Shown: positions 30,524-42,705, counted from the stretch's first letter. The stretch: 64,000 nucleotides of DNA from an uncultured Chroococcidiopsis sp. (GCA_964248365.1 CAXTYC010000025.1:11640-75639), one strand, 5' to 3'. The notes: generated by a model from the letters alone, not told the origin. Program-made: numbers and translations.

Positions 30524-32446
30524 TTAGACAACAGACAGCTTTTGCTTTTGGGTGCGCCCAGTATATTCAGCAACAAGTTTTCGGAATTCGTCTCCTTCGA
30601 TTGTCTCTTGTTCTACCAACAAATCTACTATGCGATCGATTAAAGCACGGTTTTCGCGGATGATGGTACGGGCTTGTTGATAGCAACGCGCTGCGATCGC
30701 TCTGACAGTGCGATCGATTTCATTTCCCTTTTCTAGAGAGTACTCCGCTCGCTCTCCCCAGTCTCGACCGAGAAATACTTCGTTTCCAGGGCTTTCTAGC
30801 GCCACTGGTCCTAAATCAGACATTCCATAGAGCGTTACCATCTCCCTGGCTAAGTTAGCCACCATTTTCAAGTCGCCTGATGCTCCCGTAGTAACTTCGG
30901 CATCGCCAAACACCTCAGCTTCTGCTGCTAAGCCACCCAAGGCAATAGTAATCCGATCCAACATCCAAGCGCGACTACGCAAATAACTACTATCGACGTT
31001 TTCTTCGTCTGGTAAGCTTTGAGCAAAACCACCAATTCCACCAGAACGGGGAATAATCGTGACTTTGTTTAATGGATCGGCATTTTTCAGCATAGTGATC
31101 AACAAAGCGTGTCCAGCTTCATGATATGCCAGTAGTCGCTTTTTCTTGCTGTCCAATAACGGAGTTAGGGAGAAACCAATAGTAATACGATCAATTGCAT
31201 CACTAATTTCCAAAGGTGTAATTGCCTCTTTGCGTCTACGCGCGGTCAAAATTGCTGCTTCGTTGAGTAAGTTAGCTAAATCTGCACCCGAAAACCCTGG
31301 AGTACGCTGTGCAACTCCTTCGAGTGAGACTTCTTCTGACAATTTCTTATTACGGGCGTGGACTTGCAAAATTCCCAAACGACCTTTGTAACTCGGCAAA
31401 TCAACTATTACCTGTCGGTCAAATCTACCTGGACGCAACAGTGCAGCATCTAACACATCTGGACGGTTGGTAGCAGCAATAATGATGATGCCTGTATTGC
31501 CTTCAAACCCGTCCATTTCTGTCAGCAACTGGTTAAGGGTTTGTTCTCTTTCATCATTACCCCCACCAATTCCGGCTCCTCGTTGTCTACCTACCGCGTC
31601 AATTTCATCGATGAAGATCAGACAAGGTGCATTTTCTTTGGCTTTTTTAAATAAGTCGCGGACACGGCTTGCACCTACACCCACGAACATCTCGACAAAT
31701 TCACTACCAGAGATACTAAAAAATGGTACACCAGCTTCACCTGCGATCGCTTTTGCCAGCAAAGTTTTACCTGTTCCTGGTGGTCCTACTAGTAGCACAC
31801 CTTTGGGAATTCGCGCCCCTACAGCCGTAAATTTTTCTGGCTGTTTCAGGAAAGTTACTACTTCAGATAGTTCTTCTTTAGCTTCGTTGATCCCCGCTAC
31901 ATCGTCAAATTTTACGCCTGTTTTGGCTTCCATTTGGAATCTAGCGCGCGATTTTCCGAAGTTTAGGGCTTGATTAGAAGAATTAGTTGAGCGCCGTAGC
32001 ATTAACAACATTAAAGCCATCAAAGGCACAATCCACAGTAAATTAGCCAACAGCCCCATAGCAGCTCTACTGTCTGCTGAAGAATTTATCTCTAGCTCGA
32101 CTTTGCTAGCACGAGCTTTTTCAATTAGCTCTGGGTTTTGCTGCAACAATGGCACTGTTTTTGCTGGCTCAGTCGGCTTTTGTCCCTTTAGTTGCACTTT
32201 TGCTATGTTTTCCGCTGGATCAAGCTCAATTTTGGTTACTTTGCCATTCTCAATACTGCGTAACAATTCACCATAATTTAACGAATTAGGATCTTCTTTT
32301 TGCGCTAGTGCCGGGGTAGCTACAACCATTGACTGAAATATCAGGCAACTAGCTGCCAAATTCCACAGCCATCCCTTTGCCTTGCTAGTTACATTGCTAC
32401 TTGCTGGTTGCTGACCAATTGATGCTAGTTTGCGCGAACCTCTCAT
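30524..32446 (-). CDS. ftsH: ATP-dependent zinc metalloprotease FtsH
   Basis: [25 protein letters not shown] and HEAGH motifs; start tentatively ATG 32446 (the ORF opens at 32575). Confidence 0.96.
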   Translation of the reverse strand: MRGSRKLASIGQQPASSNVTSKAKGWLWNLAASCLIFQSMVVATPALAQKEDPNSLNYGELLRSIENGKVTKIELDPAENIAKVQLKGQKPTEPAKTVPLLQQNPELIEKARASKVELEINSSADSRAAMGLLANLLWIVPLMALMLLMLRRSTNSSNQALNFGKSRARFQMEAKTGVKFDDVAGINEAKEELSEVVTFLKQPEKFTAVGARIPKGVLLVGPPGTGKTLLAKAIAGEAGVPFFSISGSEFVEMFVGVGASRVRDLFKKAKENAPCLIFIDEIDAVGRQRGAGIGGGNDEREQTLNQLLTEMDGFEGNTGIIIIAATNRPDVLDAALLRPGRFDRQVIVDLPSYKGRLGILQVHARNKKLSEEVSLEGVAQRTPGFSGADLANLLNEAAILTARRRKEAITPLEISDAIDRITIGFSLTPLLDSKKKRLLAYHEAGHALLITMLKNADPLNKVTIIPRSGGIGGFAQSLPDEENVDSSYLRSRAWMLDRITIALGGLAAEAEVFGDAEVTTGASGDLKMVANLAREMVTLYGMSDLGPVALESPGNEVFLGRDWGERAEYSLEKGNEIDRTVRAIAARCYQQARTIIRENRALIDRIVDLLVEQETIEGDEFRKLVAEYTGRTQKQKLSVV

Positions 32447-32791
32447 ATTTAATCGCCCTCTGTCTGCTACCTTGAGCCGAACACTATTTTGGAAATTCAA
32501 AACGACAGGTAGCGCCCTACCTTCGCTTTGCCCCAGTAGAGACGCAATATATCGCGTCTTGTACAAATCTTCCAAAATCTAGTGTAACTTCCTTGACCTA
32601 GCCACCGTTGGTTATGTTTCTCCAAATAGTTCCTCAATCTCTGGATAGAAGATTCTCTTAATTGGCATGGACTTCAATTGGACAAGCGGAAGATACAAAT
32701 TGCTATAATTAAATCATACTCATAATGACTACACTTTGCAACAAATTCAAATTGATGAACCTCACACCTTGCACCAAAACAGGTAGAACCT

Positions 32792-32834
32792 CTCGGCTCT
32801 CGTTCCCTGGCTGATCAAGGGAACGAGAGCCGAG
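32792..32834. repeat. 17-bp-arm palindrome of the CTCGTTCCC...GGGAACGAG dispersed repeat family
   Basis: CTCGGCTCTCGTTCCCT/AGGGAACGAGAGCCGAG; degenerate copies near 5552, 24319 and 26017. Confidence 0.7.
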
Positions 32835-32944
32835 GGTGGGGCGCATATAGCTAATGGTGAGATTTCACAAAAGGGGCAGCGGATTGCTATAGAACGTTTC
32901 AACAAAAGACAATAATTCTCAACACTATCAAAAGGATCAAAGTA

Positions 32945-33490
32945 ATGGTCAAAATTGTTGGTATTGGCGGTAGCTTACGACAAAACTCCTACAGCCAACT
33001 AGCTCTCAATGTAGCTGCTAGCAGAGTGGAAGCTCTAGGGGCGCAAATGGAAATTCTGGATTTAAGGCAAATGCAGCTACCATTTTGTAATGGAGAAGAA
33101 GAATATGCAGGCTATCCTGATCTAGAGCGGTTGCGAAATACAGTCAAACAAGCAGATGGTTTAATTCTATCGACACCAGAGTATCACGGCAGCATTAGCG
33201 GTGTCTTGAAAAATGCCCTAGATTTAATGGACTTTGAACAACTCGACGGCAAAGTCGCCGGATTAATTAGTGTTTTGGGTGGTCAACCTAACAGCAATGC
33301 ACTCAATGACCTAAGATTAATTATGCGCTGGGTACACGCTTGGGTAATTCCTGAACAAATTGCGATTGGACAATCTTGGAAAGCCTTCGATCCAGCAGGT
33401 AAGCTGCTCGATGAAAAACTCTCCCAGCGTTTCGATGCTTTTGCTCAAAGTTTAGTTGAAAATACCCGCAAACTTCGAGGGATCAATTGA
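32945..33490 (+). CDS. NADPH-dependent FMN reductase
   Basis: GGSLRQNS and TPEYHGSISGVLKNALD motifs. Confidence 0.93.
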   Translation: MVKIVGIGGSLRQNSYSQLALNVAASRVEALGAQMEILDLRQMQLPFCNGEEEYAGYPDLERLRNTVKQADGLILSTPEYHGSISGVLKNALDLMDFEQLDGKVAGLISVLGGQPNSNALNDLRLIMRWVHAWVIPEQIAIGQSWKAFDPAGKLLDEKLSQRFDAFAQSLVENTRKLRGIN

Positions 33491-33668
33491 AGGGGCGAGG
33501 GGCGAGGGTAAAGGGTAAAGGATAAAGGTTGAAGGTTGAAGGATAAAGGGTAAAGGGGTAAGGGAAAAGGAAATTCGACATTCGAAATTGATAATTTTCC
33601 CCTTGTCCCCTTGTCCCCTTGTCCCCTCTCCCTACTCCCTACTCCCTACTCCCTACTCCCTACTCCCT

Positions 33669-34811
33669 TTAATGATGATGATGCCCGTCGTGGTGATGAT
33701 GATGGTGATGGTGTGGAGCTACAGCTAGCCCCAGATTAACTGAAACCGCTTGCTCGGATAATAGCTCGGCAATATGGGAATCTGCCCACTGTGCCGCCAT
33801 TTGGAGAAAATCAGGGTGATCATTCACACAAGCCATTTGCACGTAGTTTACTTTCGGGTACTTGCGTTGTAGATTGTGTATGATGTGGTCTACATCTAAT
33901 AGGGTTTCGTGATTTTCTGTGGCAAAACCGATTGGCATAAACACAACTGCTTTTGCACCCAAATCAATCAAGTTCTTTGCCGCTAAGAAAGCATTGGGCT
34001 GCGTCCATTCAATTAGGGGTGTATCATGGTTGAGCCAGCCAACTGAAATTAGAGGATAGCGGTTGATCAGCTTGTCTCGTACCAAATCGTAGAGAGCCTG
34101 ACTTTCGGTAATGCCAGAAGTGAATCCCTTGGCTTTGTGAGGACAGCCGTGATTCATCAGCACTATACCAATTTGAGAAGGTAGGTAAGCTGCTGCTAAA
34201 TCAGAGGCAATTTTTTCTTCAACTAAATCTGCCATTAAATCGATGTATTTTGGTTCGTTGTAAAACGAAGGGATATAGCGCTGTCCTTTAACCCAATGTT
34301 CCTCACCATCAGCTAGCTTTGCTAAGGCATTGTTGACTTGCTCAACAGCGATACCACTGGTGAAGATGGAATCTACAACTAATAGAGGATAGATTAGCAG
34401 CTTGTCAAATCCTTGTTCCTTGATTTCTGTCAGCACCTGTTCTGGTAGGAAGGGAGCGCAGAAGTTGAAGGCTTTGAATACCTTAACTTGCTCTCCCCAC
34501 TTTGCCTGCAAGTTTTTCTCAATTCCTGCCCGTTGCTGTTCAAAAATAGCATTATGAGGTGAAACAAATTTGTTATGTTGATGACTCCACTCATGTAAGT
34601 CAAACATTGCCAAAAGCTTTGCCAAAGGTGGATAAATCCACGTTGGCACTGGTGCAAACTTAGCTGTAAGTAGATTCAATGCCTGTTCATTGTAGTTAGC
34701 GAAGTCTTCATAACTCTCAACTTCTCCATAACCCATGAGCAGGACTGCAATTCGGTCTTTGGCAGAATTTTGTGTGAATGTCGGTTGTTGCTTTTCAGGA
34801 ATGGCTACCAA
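33669..34811 (-). CDS. Ferrochelatase-family protein with a poly-His C-terminus
   Basis: AVLLMGYG, SP, NHGCP and PIGFATENHETLLDVD motifs. Start placed at TTG 34811, after GGTGAGG. No C-terminal CAB helix. Confidence 0.85.
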   Translation of the reverse strand: MVAIPEKQQPTFTQNSAKDRIAVLLMGYGEVESYEDFANYNEQALNLLTAKFAPVPTWIYPPLAKLLAMFDLHEWSHQHNKFVSPHNAIFEQQRAGIEKNLQAKWGEQVKVFKAFNFCAPFLPEQVLTEIKEQGFDKLLIYPLLVVDSIFTSGIAVEQVNNALAKLADGEEHWVKGQRYIPSFYNEPKYIDLMADLVEEKIASDLAAAYLPSQIGIVLMNHGCPHKAKGFTSGITESQALYDLVRDKLINRYPLISVGWLNHDTPLIEWTQPNAFLAAKNLIDLGAKAVVFMPIGFATENHETLLDVDHIIHNLQRKYPKVNYVQMACVNDHPDFLQMAAQWADSHIAELLSEQAVSVNLGLAVAPHHHHHHHHDGHHHH

Positions 34812-35094
34812 TTTAATTTCCTCACCTGGATAGATGTTGTAAGTCAAAGCTTTAGGTACTGTGAGGTAAAAATTTGATACTTCGCTACTGCTTCCAGTAC
34901 CCATACACTGACTAGCTTAACATCCCCTACAGGGGGACTAGTATATACTTCAGGCAAAAATAAAATTTTCTTTGTGAAAGCACAGGGGCAGGGGAGCAGG
35001 GAGATCAGGCGTTGCTGGGGGAGCAGGGGGAGAAATTTCAATCTAAAATCCAAAATTCCCCTAGCCCTAGCCCCTAGCCCTAGCGCCCTTAAGT

Positions 35095-38000
35095 TCAAGT
35101 GGCAGCGATCGCGCGATCGCGTCCTTGTTGCTTTGCCTGATACAATGCCGTATCAGCAGCTTTTAAGATTGTTTCTGGCTCCCGTCCATGATCGGGGAAG
35201 CAAGCAACTCCCATAGACACAGCCAAAGCACCTAGTAAGTTACCGGAACATTCTATATTCAGTTGCTTAACTGCGGCTCGAATTTGCTCAGCACGTCGTA
35301 GAGTCACACTTAAAGACGCTTCCGGTAGAATCAACGTAAATTCTTCACCGCCATAGCGACAAGCAATATCTGAACCGCGCACATATCTTTGTAATAACCT
35401 CCCTATCTCGCGCAGTACAGCATCTCCAGCATCGTGACCAAAAGTGTCATTAATGCGTTTAAAGTGATCGACATCCAGCATGATGATCGAGAGTGGTTGC
35501 CCCTTGCGATCGGATCTTCGTATTTCCCTTGCTAGGGATTCTTCCATGTAACGCCGATTGAATAGCCCAGTCAAGCCATCACGCACACTCTGATGGTGTA
35601 GCGTTTCGCGCAGTTTTAAGTTTGCCAAAGCCAACGCAATATGTTCCGCCACCGTCGTAGCTAGCTGCTGTTTAGCTGGTGTTAAGCTGCCACTTTCTAA
35701 AGAACTTAGGTAAAGCACACCCAGCGCTTCTCCTTGTGCCATCATCGGCACGCAGAGAGATTCAGCAGGCAAAGCGTGGTGTAAATGTTTGCACAGCAAA
35801 CCGTTGTCAGTATCATCTACCCAATGAGGTTTACCCCGCCGCAGTCCCCAACAATCAGTCGGTGTAAATGACTTGAGATCTTCCACTAGGGGTACACCCC
35901 AGCTTGCAACTGGTTCTACCAAGTTTTTTCCAGCACCAATCAAAAAAATTCCTCCAGATGCCGCCGGAAAGAGCGGCTGCACAAGCTGAGCTAGTGTAGT
36001 GCAAGCTTCTTCTACCGTCAGACAAGCTTGCAAGAAATCACTCATTTCGCTGAGTAAGGTGATCTCGCGGTTACGCTGTTTGAGTTCGTTCACCCAGCCG
36101 CTAAGTTGCTGATTGGCATGCACAGAGGCAGCCTCTGCTTGCTTGCGTTCAGTCACATCAATTCCAGAGGCAATTAGATGGCTGACTTTGCCTGTCGAGT
36201 CAAACATCGGGGTAAGGGCAAAGTCAATCATGATAAACTTATTTTCACCGATTCGCCCTTTCACCTCATAGCGCACCCTTTTACCCCCGCTCACCTGCTC
36301 AATCGCTGTTTGCATTTGAGCTTGCACGGCACTTGAGTAAGACCACCAGTATGTCTCGGTTAGCCTCAGTCCTAACACATCTTGAGGTTGTACAGAGGCT
36401 GCCTCCAAAAGTGCCTGATTCGCCTCAATCAGAGTGCCATCCTTGGTGAGAACAGCCACGAAAGTAAATAAGCTGTTGATCACATTTCGCAAATGCTGTT
36501 CACTGCTACGCAGGGCTTCAGAGGCAAAGGAGTGTTCTGTAATGTCGATACCACTAGCGATCGCATATTCAACTGCACCATTGCGATCGCGTAAAGTAGT
36601 ATTAGACCAAGCAATGCGACGGCGACTGCCATCTGCCGTTAGTAAGAAATTTTCATACTCGTTTGCAGCTTCACTGGTTAGCAGCTTTGACCAATGATTT
36701 TTGGCTATTTGTGCTTCGGTTGGAAGTGAGAATAACTCCCAGAAGTACTTGCCCTTCACCTGTGCCAAAGAGTAACCTGTTGTTTGCTCACAAGCGCGGT
36801 TAAAACGGATAATTCTGCCTTGCGGATCAAGCACTACAACCAAAGCGCCTACGGTATGTAGAATAGCGTCAGTGAAATCGCGCTCTTGCTCTAAAGCTGT
36901 TTCCGACTGCTTGCGATCGCATATCTCCTGATAGGTTAAATAGTACACACTGGCAAGAATCAAAAAATTCAGGCAGATCCCCGCCGAAAAAGACAAAACT
37001 GAGTTATGGGTTTTTGCTAATTCGTCTTGGGATCGCTTTTGCAGCAGCGCATTTTCAGTTTTCTCTAGATCACCCAGTATCACGTCAATTTCTTGGCTGA
37101 CGTTTTTTGCCTTTTGCTTCTCTAGTACCTGCGATGCAACCTTAACTAAGTTAATCTTGCTTTTAGGTGTCTGCTCAATTTCAATAAATCTCTTAATTAG
37201 AGGTTTCAAAGTAGCTAGTCGGCGATACTGCTGAGAATTATTAATAGTTTCTTGCTTTAACAATGCAATTTTTAAATCAATCTCTTTTTCTAGCTCATCA
37301 TAATAAGGTTCTAGATAGCTAGCTTGTCCAGCCGTCGCAACATAGCGAGCTTGAGCAATTGTTGCCTTTTGGATGAGAGCATGAAGATCTTTTATATTGT
37401 CTAGCACTTGATAGTGTTGAATTTGCCAGTTATCGTTCTGAACTAAATTAGTCAAACTGCGATACGAAACCAAACCAACGCCAATCAAAATTGCTGACGC
37501 TAAACCCAACCCAGCAGCCATGCGGGTGAAAAAATACTTGCTTTTTCGCCTGCATGGCTGCTTAATCTCAATAGATTCTACTTTACTTGCTGACTGCCTC
37601 AACTCCAGTAGCTTGACAACCTGACGACTTAATGTACGCAGCGCCTCTACTTGCTGGAAATTGATTTCTCGTGGTACATAGTCAATTACACAGAGCGTTC
37701 CTAGGGCTTGATTATCAGATGTAATTAGAGGTACACCAGCATAAAACTGAATATGAGGTTGAGAAATCACCAGCGGATTTGTAGCGAACCTTTCATCGGT
37801 TAAAGTATTGGGAATAATCAAAATATCTTTTTGCCCAATCGTATGAGCGCATAAGGCTAAATCACGCTCTATTGAAGTTTTCTCCCAACCCACCTTTGCC
37901 TTGAACCACTGGCGGTTAGAGTCAATTAAACTAATTAAGGCAATGGGAGTGCCACAAATCAAGGCGGCTAACTGCGCGATCTCGTCAAATTCTTTTTCTG

Positions 38001-38142
38001 CTGGGGTGTCGAGAATATTACACTGGTAGAGGGCTGCCAGACGAGCTACTTCCTGGGGCTGGGAAACATTGCTGCAAATTTTTTTGGTTTTTGATAAAAG
38101 ATACTTTGGGGCATAGAGCCGTTGGGATGCGGCAGTAATCAT
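35095..38142 (-). CDS. Diguanylate cyclase (GAF-TM-CHASE3-like-TM-PAS-PAS-GAF-GGDEF)
   Basis: DGLTGLFNRR, DVDHFKRINDTFGH, I-site RGSD and RYGGEEF motifs. Confidence 0.93.
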   Translation of the reverse strand: MITAASQRLYAPKYLLSKTKKICSNVSQPQEVARLAALYQCNILDTPAEKEFDEIAQLAALICGTPIALISLIDSNRQWFKAKVGWEKTSIERDLALCAHTIGQKDILIIPNTLTDERFATNPLVISQPHIQFYAGVPLITSDNQALGTLCVIDYVPREINFQQVEALRTLSRQVVKLLELRQSASKVESIEIKQPCRRKSKYFFTRMAAGLGLASAILIGVGLVSYRSLTNLVQNDNWQIQHYQVLDNIKDLHALIQKATIAQARYVATAGQASYLEPYYDELEKEIDLKIALLKQETINNSQQYRRLATLKPLIKRFIEIEQTPKSKINLVKVASQVLEKQKAKNVSQEIDVILGDLEKTENALLQKRSQDELAKTHNSVLSFSAGICLNFLILASVYYLTYQEICDRKQSETALEQERDFTDAILHTVGALVVVLDPQGRIIRFNRACEQTTGYSLAQVKGKYFWELFSLPTEAQIAKNHWSKLLTSEAANEYENFLLTADGSRRRIAWSNTTLRDRNGAVEYAIASGIDITEHSFASEALRSSEQHLRNVINSLFTFVAVLTKDGTLIEANQALLEAASVQPQDVLGLRLTETYWWSYSSAVQAQMQTAIEQVSGGKRVRYEVKGRIGENKFIMIDFALTPMFDSTGKVSHLIASGIDVTERKQAEAASVHANQQLSGWVNELKQRNREITLLSEMSDFLQACLTVEEACTTLAQLVQPLFPAASGGIFLIGAGKNLVEPVASWGVPLVEDLKSFTPTDCWGLRRGKPHWVDDTDNGLLCKHLHHALPAESLCVPMMAQGEALGVLYLSSLESGSLTPAKQQLATTVAEHIALALANLKLRETLHHQSVRDGLTGLFNRRYMEESLAREIRRSDRKGQPLSIIMLDVDHFKRINDTFGHDAGDAVLREIGRLLQRYVRGSDIACRYGGEEFTLILPEASLSVTLRRAEQIRAAVKQLNIECSGNLLGALAVSMGVACFPDHGREPETILKAADTALYQAKQQGRDRAIAAT

Positions 38143-38258
38143 CTAGACTCTAGATACTTGAAAAACAAGGTTTGTATTCTTTAAAGTTTCGTAGCGTAGG
38201 GCAAAAGTTACTACAGTAGGAACACTGAAAGACTATTAAAACTTTCTTAATTAGACTG

Positions 38259-38828
38259 ATGAAAGTGCTGATTTGTCCGGGAATTCACGCTCCCGCTTTA
38301 ACTGAGGAACTTTTGGCAAGTTTAAAGTCAAGTTTTCCTGCCGACTCAAACTGGCGTAAGCCAGAAAATATACTGGTTTTTTCCGCTCAAAACACTTACT
38401 TGTCTTTATCCACATTTCATATCTTGCAGTTTATGCAAGAAAGTCTAGGTAGTCCAACTGCTACATCACCAGTGGTATTTATCGGCTTTAGTGCAGGTGT
38501 GGTAGGCGCAGTAGGCGCTGCTTGGGGTTGGCAGCTGATGGGAGGCAAGGTTAAAGCTTTGATTGCTCTAGATGGCTGGCTTGTACCGCTTGGAGGCAAT
38601 TTTCCTCTTCATCGTCTCAGTCATGATTTTTTTACTCATTGGAGTTCATCAATGCTGGGTAGTGGAACGGATAGTTTTTATGCCGAGCCACCTGTAGAGC
38701 ATTTGACACTGTGGCGATCGCCCGCAAAAGTTACAGGCTGGTGGATAAAATCAGATGGAATACAACCCCCAAGGCGCATGACTGCTGCCGAGTTTTTGAT
38801 TATGCTTTTAAATCGTTATGAAGAATGA
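38259..38828 (+). CDS. Hypothetical alpha/beta-hydrolase-like protein
   Basis: GFSAG nucleophile-elbow-like motif, IALDGW, SHDFFTHWS. Confidence 0.7.
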   Translation: MKVLICPGIHAPALTEELLASLKSSFPADSNWRKPENILVFSAQNTYLSLSTFHILQFMQESLGSPTATSPVVFIGFSAGVVGAVGAAWGWQLMGGKVKALIALDGWLVPLGGNFPLHRLSHDFFTHWSSSMLGSGTDSFYAEPPVEHLTLWRSPAKVTGWWIKSDGIQPPRRMTAAEFLIMLLNRYEE

Positions 38829-38993
38829 ATTGGGGAAAGGGAAATCAGTTATCAGTTACCAGTTACCAGTTACCAGTTAAAAGAAAAGGTAAAAGGTAAT
38901 TTCTCCCTTGCCCCCTTGCCCCCCTCTTCCCCCCAACCCCACTTGGTGGGGACTCCGAGTCCCCCCTGCTCCCCTGCCCTCTTCTAGCCCCTA

Positions 38994-40259
38994 ATGCCTG
39001 CGATGTTGCCTACTGAACCACCATCTACTAATAACGGATTCCGAGCGTTACTAAAAAATCGTCCTTTCCTGATCCTGTGGATTGGGCAACTTTTGTCGCA
39101 AATTGCAGATAAAATCTTTTTCATTTTGCTGATTGCTTTGCTCGATAAGTACCACACACCTTCGAGTATGGCAAACTCCATGCGCTCAATCCTGATGGTG
39201 GTATTTACAATCCCAGCCATTTTATTTGGCTCAGCTGGTGGCATCTTTGTAGATCGCTTCAGTAAAAAACAAGTGCTAGTTGTCTCTGATGTGATTCGAG
39301 GCTTATTGACACTAGCAATTCCTTGGCTACCTAGAGAATTCATAATTTTACTAGTCTTGACATTTGTGATATCTACTGTTACGCAGTTTTTCGCTCCAGC
39401 TGAGCAAGCTGCTATCCCTCTTTTAGTCAGAAAAGAGAATTTAATGGCAGCTAATGCCTTATTTACTACCACAATGATGGGAGCGTTAATTGTAGGCTTT
39501 ATCGTTGGGGAGCCAATGTTAAGCCTAGCTAGCCTGTGGAGTGAAAATTATGGAGAAGAAACAGTAGTTGGCGGCTTGTACTTGTTAGCGGCGGCGATCA
39601 TGCAGCTAATTCCCATTAAAGAAGCCCGTCTGGATGCGGATCAAATAGCGAAAATTAATCCTTTGAGTGACCTAAAAGCAGGATTGCGTTATCTCAGGAA
39701 AAATCGTCTAATTTGGAATGCGATGTTACAGATTACAATTCTCTACTCGGTCTTTGCTGCCTTAACTGTGTTAACAATTGACTTGGCAGCAGAAATAGGT
39801 CTGAAATCTACCCAATTTGGCTTTTTATTAGCAGCTGCTGGGGTGGGTATGGTATTTGGGGCAGCAATTTTGGGACACGCAGGCGAAAGATTCCACCACA
39901 AACCTTTACCCTTAATTGGGTTTTTGAGTATGGCATTTGTCCTAGGTGTTTTCACTTTTGTCAACAACCTATGGCTAGGATTTGGACTGTGTGCTTTATT
40001 GGGGATGGGAGCATCACTAATCGGAGTGCCAATGCAAACCCTGATTCAGCAGCAAACCCCACCCGATATGCATGGCAAAGTATTTGGGTTTCAAAACAAT
40101 GCTGTGAATATTGCTTTGAGTGCGCCATTGGCGATCGCAGGACCCCTCACCGATGCGATCGGCTTACGTAGTGTTTTAATCGGAATGAGCGCTTTAGTTA
40201 CCCTAGTAGGTGTTTGGGCTTGGCAAAATACACGCCGCGTTCTACGGGATGTGATTTAA
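38994..40259 (+). CDS. MFS transporter
   Basis: About 12 TM segments; GIFVDRFSKK motif A; QFFAPAEQAAIP. Confidence 0.93.
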   Translation: MPAMLPTEPPSTNNGFRALLKNRPFLILWIGQLLSQIADKIFFILLIALLDKYHTPSSMANSMRSILMVVFTIPAILFGSAGGIFVDRFSKKQVLVVSDVIRGLLTLAIPWLPREFIILLVLTFVISTVTQFFAPAEQAAIPLLVRKENLMAANALFTTTMMGALIVGFIVGEPMLSLASLWSENYGEETVVGGLYLLAAAIMQLIPIKEARLDADQIAKINPLSDLKAGLRYLRKNRLIWNAMLQITILYSVFAALTVLTIDLAAEIGLKSTQFGFLLAAAGVGMVFGAAILGHAGERFHHKPLPLIGFLSMAFVLGVFTFVNNLWLGFGLCALLGMGASLIGVPMQTLIQQQTPPDMHGKVFGFQNNAVNIALSAPLAIAGPLTDAIGLRSVLIGMSALVTLVGVWAWQNTRRVLRDVI

Positions 40260-40379
40260 GAGGTGAGAGCCTCTAGCCTAAGCGCCCCTCAGATATGACC
40301 AAACAATAACAATAAAATAAAAAATATAATTAAAAAGCATCTTAAAATACAGATATTCCACTAATAAACTAGCCACTGC

Positions 40380-42284
40380 GTGAGGTTTCCTGTGCGAGCA
40401 TCGCGGTTCCAAAATGCTTCCCTAAAACACCAACGTCAAACACTTTCAGAAGTTTCTGGTTCGCCAATAGTAGCGCCAAGACGTGCAACCGGAGCTTTCG
40501 CTCTGATTGACAGTCTGCGGCGACACGGAGTTGAGCATATTTTTGGCTATCCCGGTGGGACGATTTTACCGATTTACGATGAACTGTATCGCGCCGAAGC
40601 AGCAGGCGGGATTGCGCATATTCTGGTAAGACACGAACAAGGTGCAGCTCATGCGGCTGACGGTTATGCCCGTGCCACAGGTAAGGTAGGTGTGTGCTTC
40701 GCTACTTCTGGTCCTGGGGCAACTAACTTGGTAACGGGAATCGCTACAGCTCACATGGACTCGATCCCAATGGTGGTCGTCACAGGGCAGGTTTCGCGTG
40801 CAGTAATTGGTACTGATGCATTTCAGGAAACAGATATCTATGGCATCACACTGCCAATTGTCAAGCATTCCTATGTTGTACGCGATGCCAAAGATATGGC
40901 GCGGATAGTGGCGGAAGCGTTCTACATCGCTAGCACGGGGCGACCTGGACCAGTTTTAATTGATGTACCGAAAGATGTAGGCTTAGAGGAATTTGATTAT
41001 ATACCAGTCGAACCAGGATCGGTGAAGTTACCTGGGTATCGTCCCACAGTGAAAGGAAATCCGCGTCAAATTGCCCAAGCTGTGCAGCTACTGCGGGAAA
41101 GCCGCCGCCCTTTGCTGTATGTGGGTGGAGGAGCGATCGCATCTAATTCCCATGCAGAAATTGGGCAATTGGCAGAGTTATTCAACATCCCTGTCACCAC
41201 AACTCTAATGGGCAAGGGTGTGTTTGATGAAAATCATCCCTTAGCTTTAGGAATGTTGGGGATGCACGGCACGGCTTATGCTAACTTTGCCGTGAGTGAG
41301 TGTGACTTGCTAATTGCCGTCGGTGCAAGATTTGATGACCGCGTAACGGGTAAGTTAGATGAATTTGCTTCCCGCGCCAAAGTCATTCACATTGATATCG
41401 ATCCAGCTGAGGTTGGGAAAAACCGTGCGCCAGAAGTGCCAATCGTAGGCGATGTGCGTAAAGTATTGATTGACTTACTACATCGATGTCAAGATATCTC
41501 GGTTGCTCCTAACCAAACTCAAGAATGGCTAAATCGAATTAACCGTTGGCGTGAAGATTATCCCCTAGTTGTACCCCATCATGCCGATAGTTTGTCACCG
41601 CAAGAGGTGATTGTAGAACTGAGTCGCCAAGCACCCCAGGCTTACTACACCACAGACGTAGGTCAGCATCAAATGTGGTCGGCGCAATTCCTCAAAAATG
41701 GTCCCCGTCGCTGGATTTCCAGTGCAGGATTAGGCACAATGGGTTACGGCTTGCCAGCTGCAATGGGCGCTAAGATGGCGTTGCCCCATGAAGAAGTCAT
41801 CTGTGTCAGTGGTGATTCTAGTTTCCAAATGAATTTGCAGGAGCTAGGTACATTAGCACAATATGGCATTAATGTCAAGACTGTAATTATCAACAACGGC
41901 TGGCAGGGAATGGTGCGCCAGTGGCAACAAGCGTTCTACGAGGAGCGTTACTCATCCTCGAATATGCAAGCAGCAATGCCAGATTTTGAGTTACTGGCAA
42001 AAGCGTATGGCATTAAGGCTATAACGATCCGCAGTCGGGATGAATTAAAGGATGCGATCGCCCAAATGCTAGCTCATAATGGTCCAGTCTTGGTAGATGC
42101 TCACGTTACCAAAGACGAAAACTGTTACCCAATGGTAGCCCCAGGCAAAAACAACTCGCAAATGATCGGTTTACCAAAACAGCCCAAAGAAGAAAAAGCA
42201 CAAGAAACGATTCATTGCAACAACTGCGGTGCTAAAAACACCTCCACTCACAACTTCTGCCCCGAATGTGGCACAAAGCTGTAG
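40380..42284 (+). CDS. ilvB: Acetolactate synthase large subunit with a C-terminal zinc ribbon
   Basis: [29 protein letters not shown] and GDSSF...NNG TPP motifs; tail CNNC...CPEC. Confidence 0.96.
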   Translation: MRFPVRASRFQNASLKHQRQTLSEVSGSPIVAPRRATGAFALIDSLRRHGVEHIFGYPGGTILPIYDELYRAEAAGGIAHILVRHEQGAAHAADGYARATGKVGVCFATSGPGATNLVTGIATAHMDSIPMVVVTGQVSRAVIGTDAFQETDIYGITLPIVKHSYVVRDAKDMARIVAEAFYIASTGRPGPVLIDVPKDVGLEEFDYIPVEPGSVKLPGYRPTVKGNPRQIAQAVQLLRESRRPLLYVGGGAIASNSHAEIGQLAELFNIPVTTTLMGKGVFDENHPLALGMLGMHGTAYANFAVSECDLLIAVGARFDDRVTGKLDEFASRAKVIHIDIDPAEVGKNRAPEVPIVGDVRKVLIDLLHRCQDISVAPNQTQEWLNRINRWREDYPLVVPHHADSLSPQEVIVELSRQAPQAYYTTDVGQHQMWSAQFLKNGPRRWISSAGLGTMGYGLPAAMGAKMALPHEEVICVSGDSSFQMNLQELGTLAQYGINVKTVIINNGWQGMVRQWQQAFYEERYSSSNMQAAMPDFELLAKAYGIKAITIRSRDELKDAIAQMLAHNGPVLVDAHVTKDENCYPMVAPGKNNSQMIGLPKQPKEEKAQETIHCNNCGAKNTSTHNFCPECGTKL

Positions 42285-42705
42285 AAAAGGTAGGGTGGGC
42301 AATGCCCACCTATCTTATTAATTTCTCGCTTCTATGCGCTGCTAAATAAAAATTTAGCTTGGGTTGATATATAGTAATCCTATTTGAGTTGTGAAAACAA
42401 TTATCAATAAACAATTAGCTTTTAGCTTTTAGCGATTAGCTTTGACGAGTGAAAATCAAAAACTTTAATACAAATAAACAAACAAAAAAAGCTAGCAGCT
42501 AACCGCTATTAGTAGTAAAAATAGAATGAAAGGGGAAAGGAGAAATAAAATGTTTTTACCTTTTACCTTTGCCTTTTTTGGTAATTGAAGAGAGTAATTT
42601 AATACATATAATTCTAATTAAAATTAATAAGAGCAGATACCTGTATGGCAGATGTAGATTTAAAATAGTCAGAAAACCTTTCTTATCAGGTTCAGTCAAA
42701 CTGCC

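Noticed and set aside
37600..38060. Strong similarity between the N-terminal GAF domains of the diguanylate cyclase and the hybrid kinase
   Set aside because: This GAF subtype is widespread in cyanobacterial signalling proteins, so the similarity does not show a specific link.
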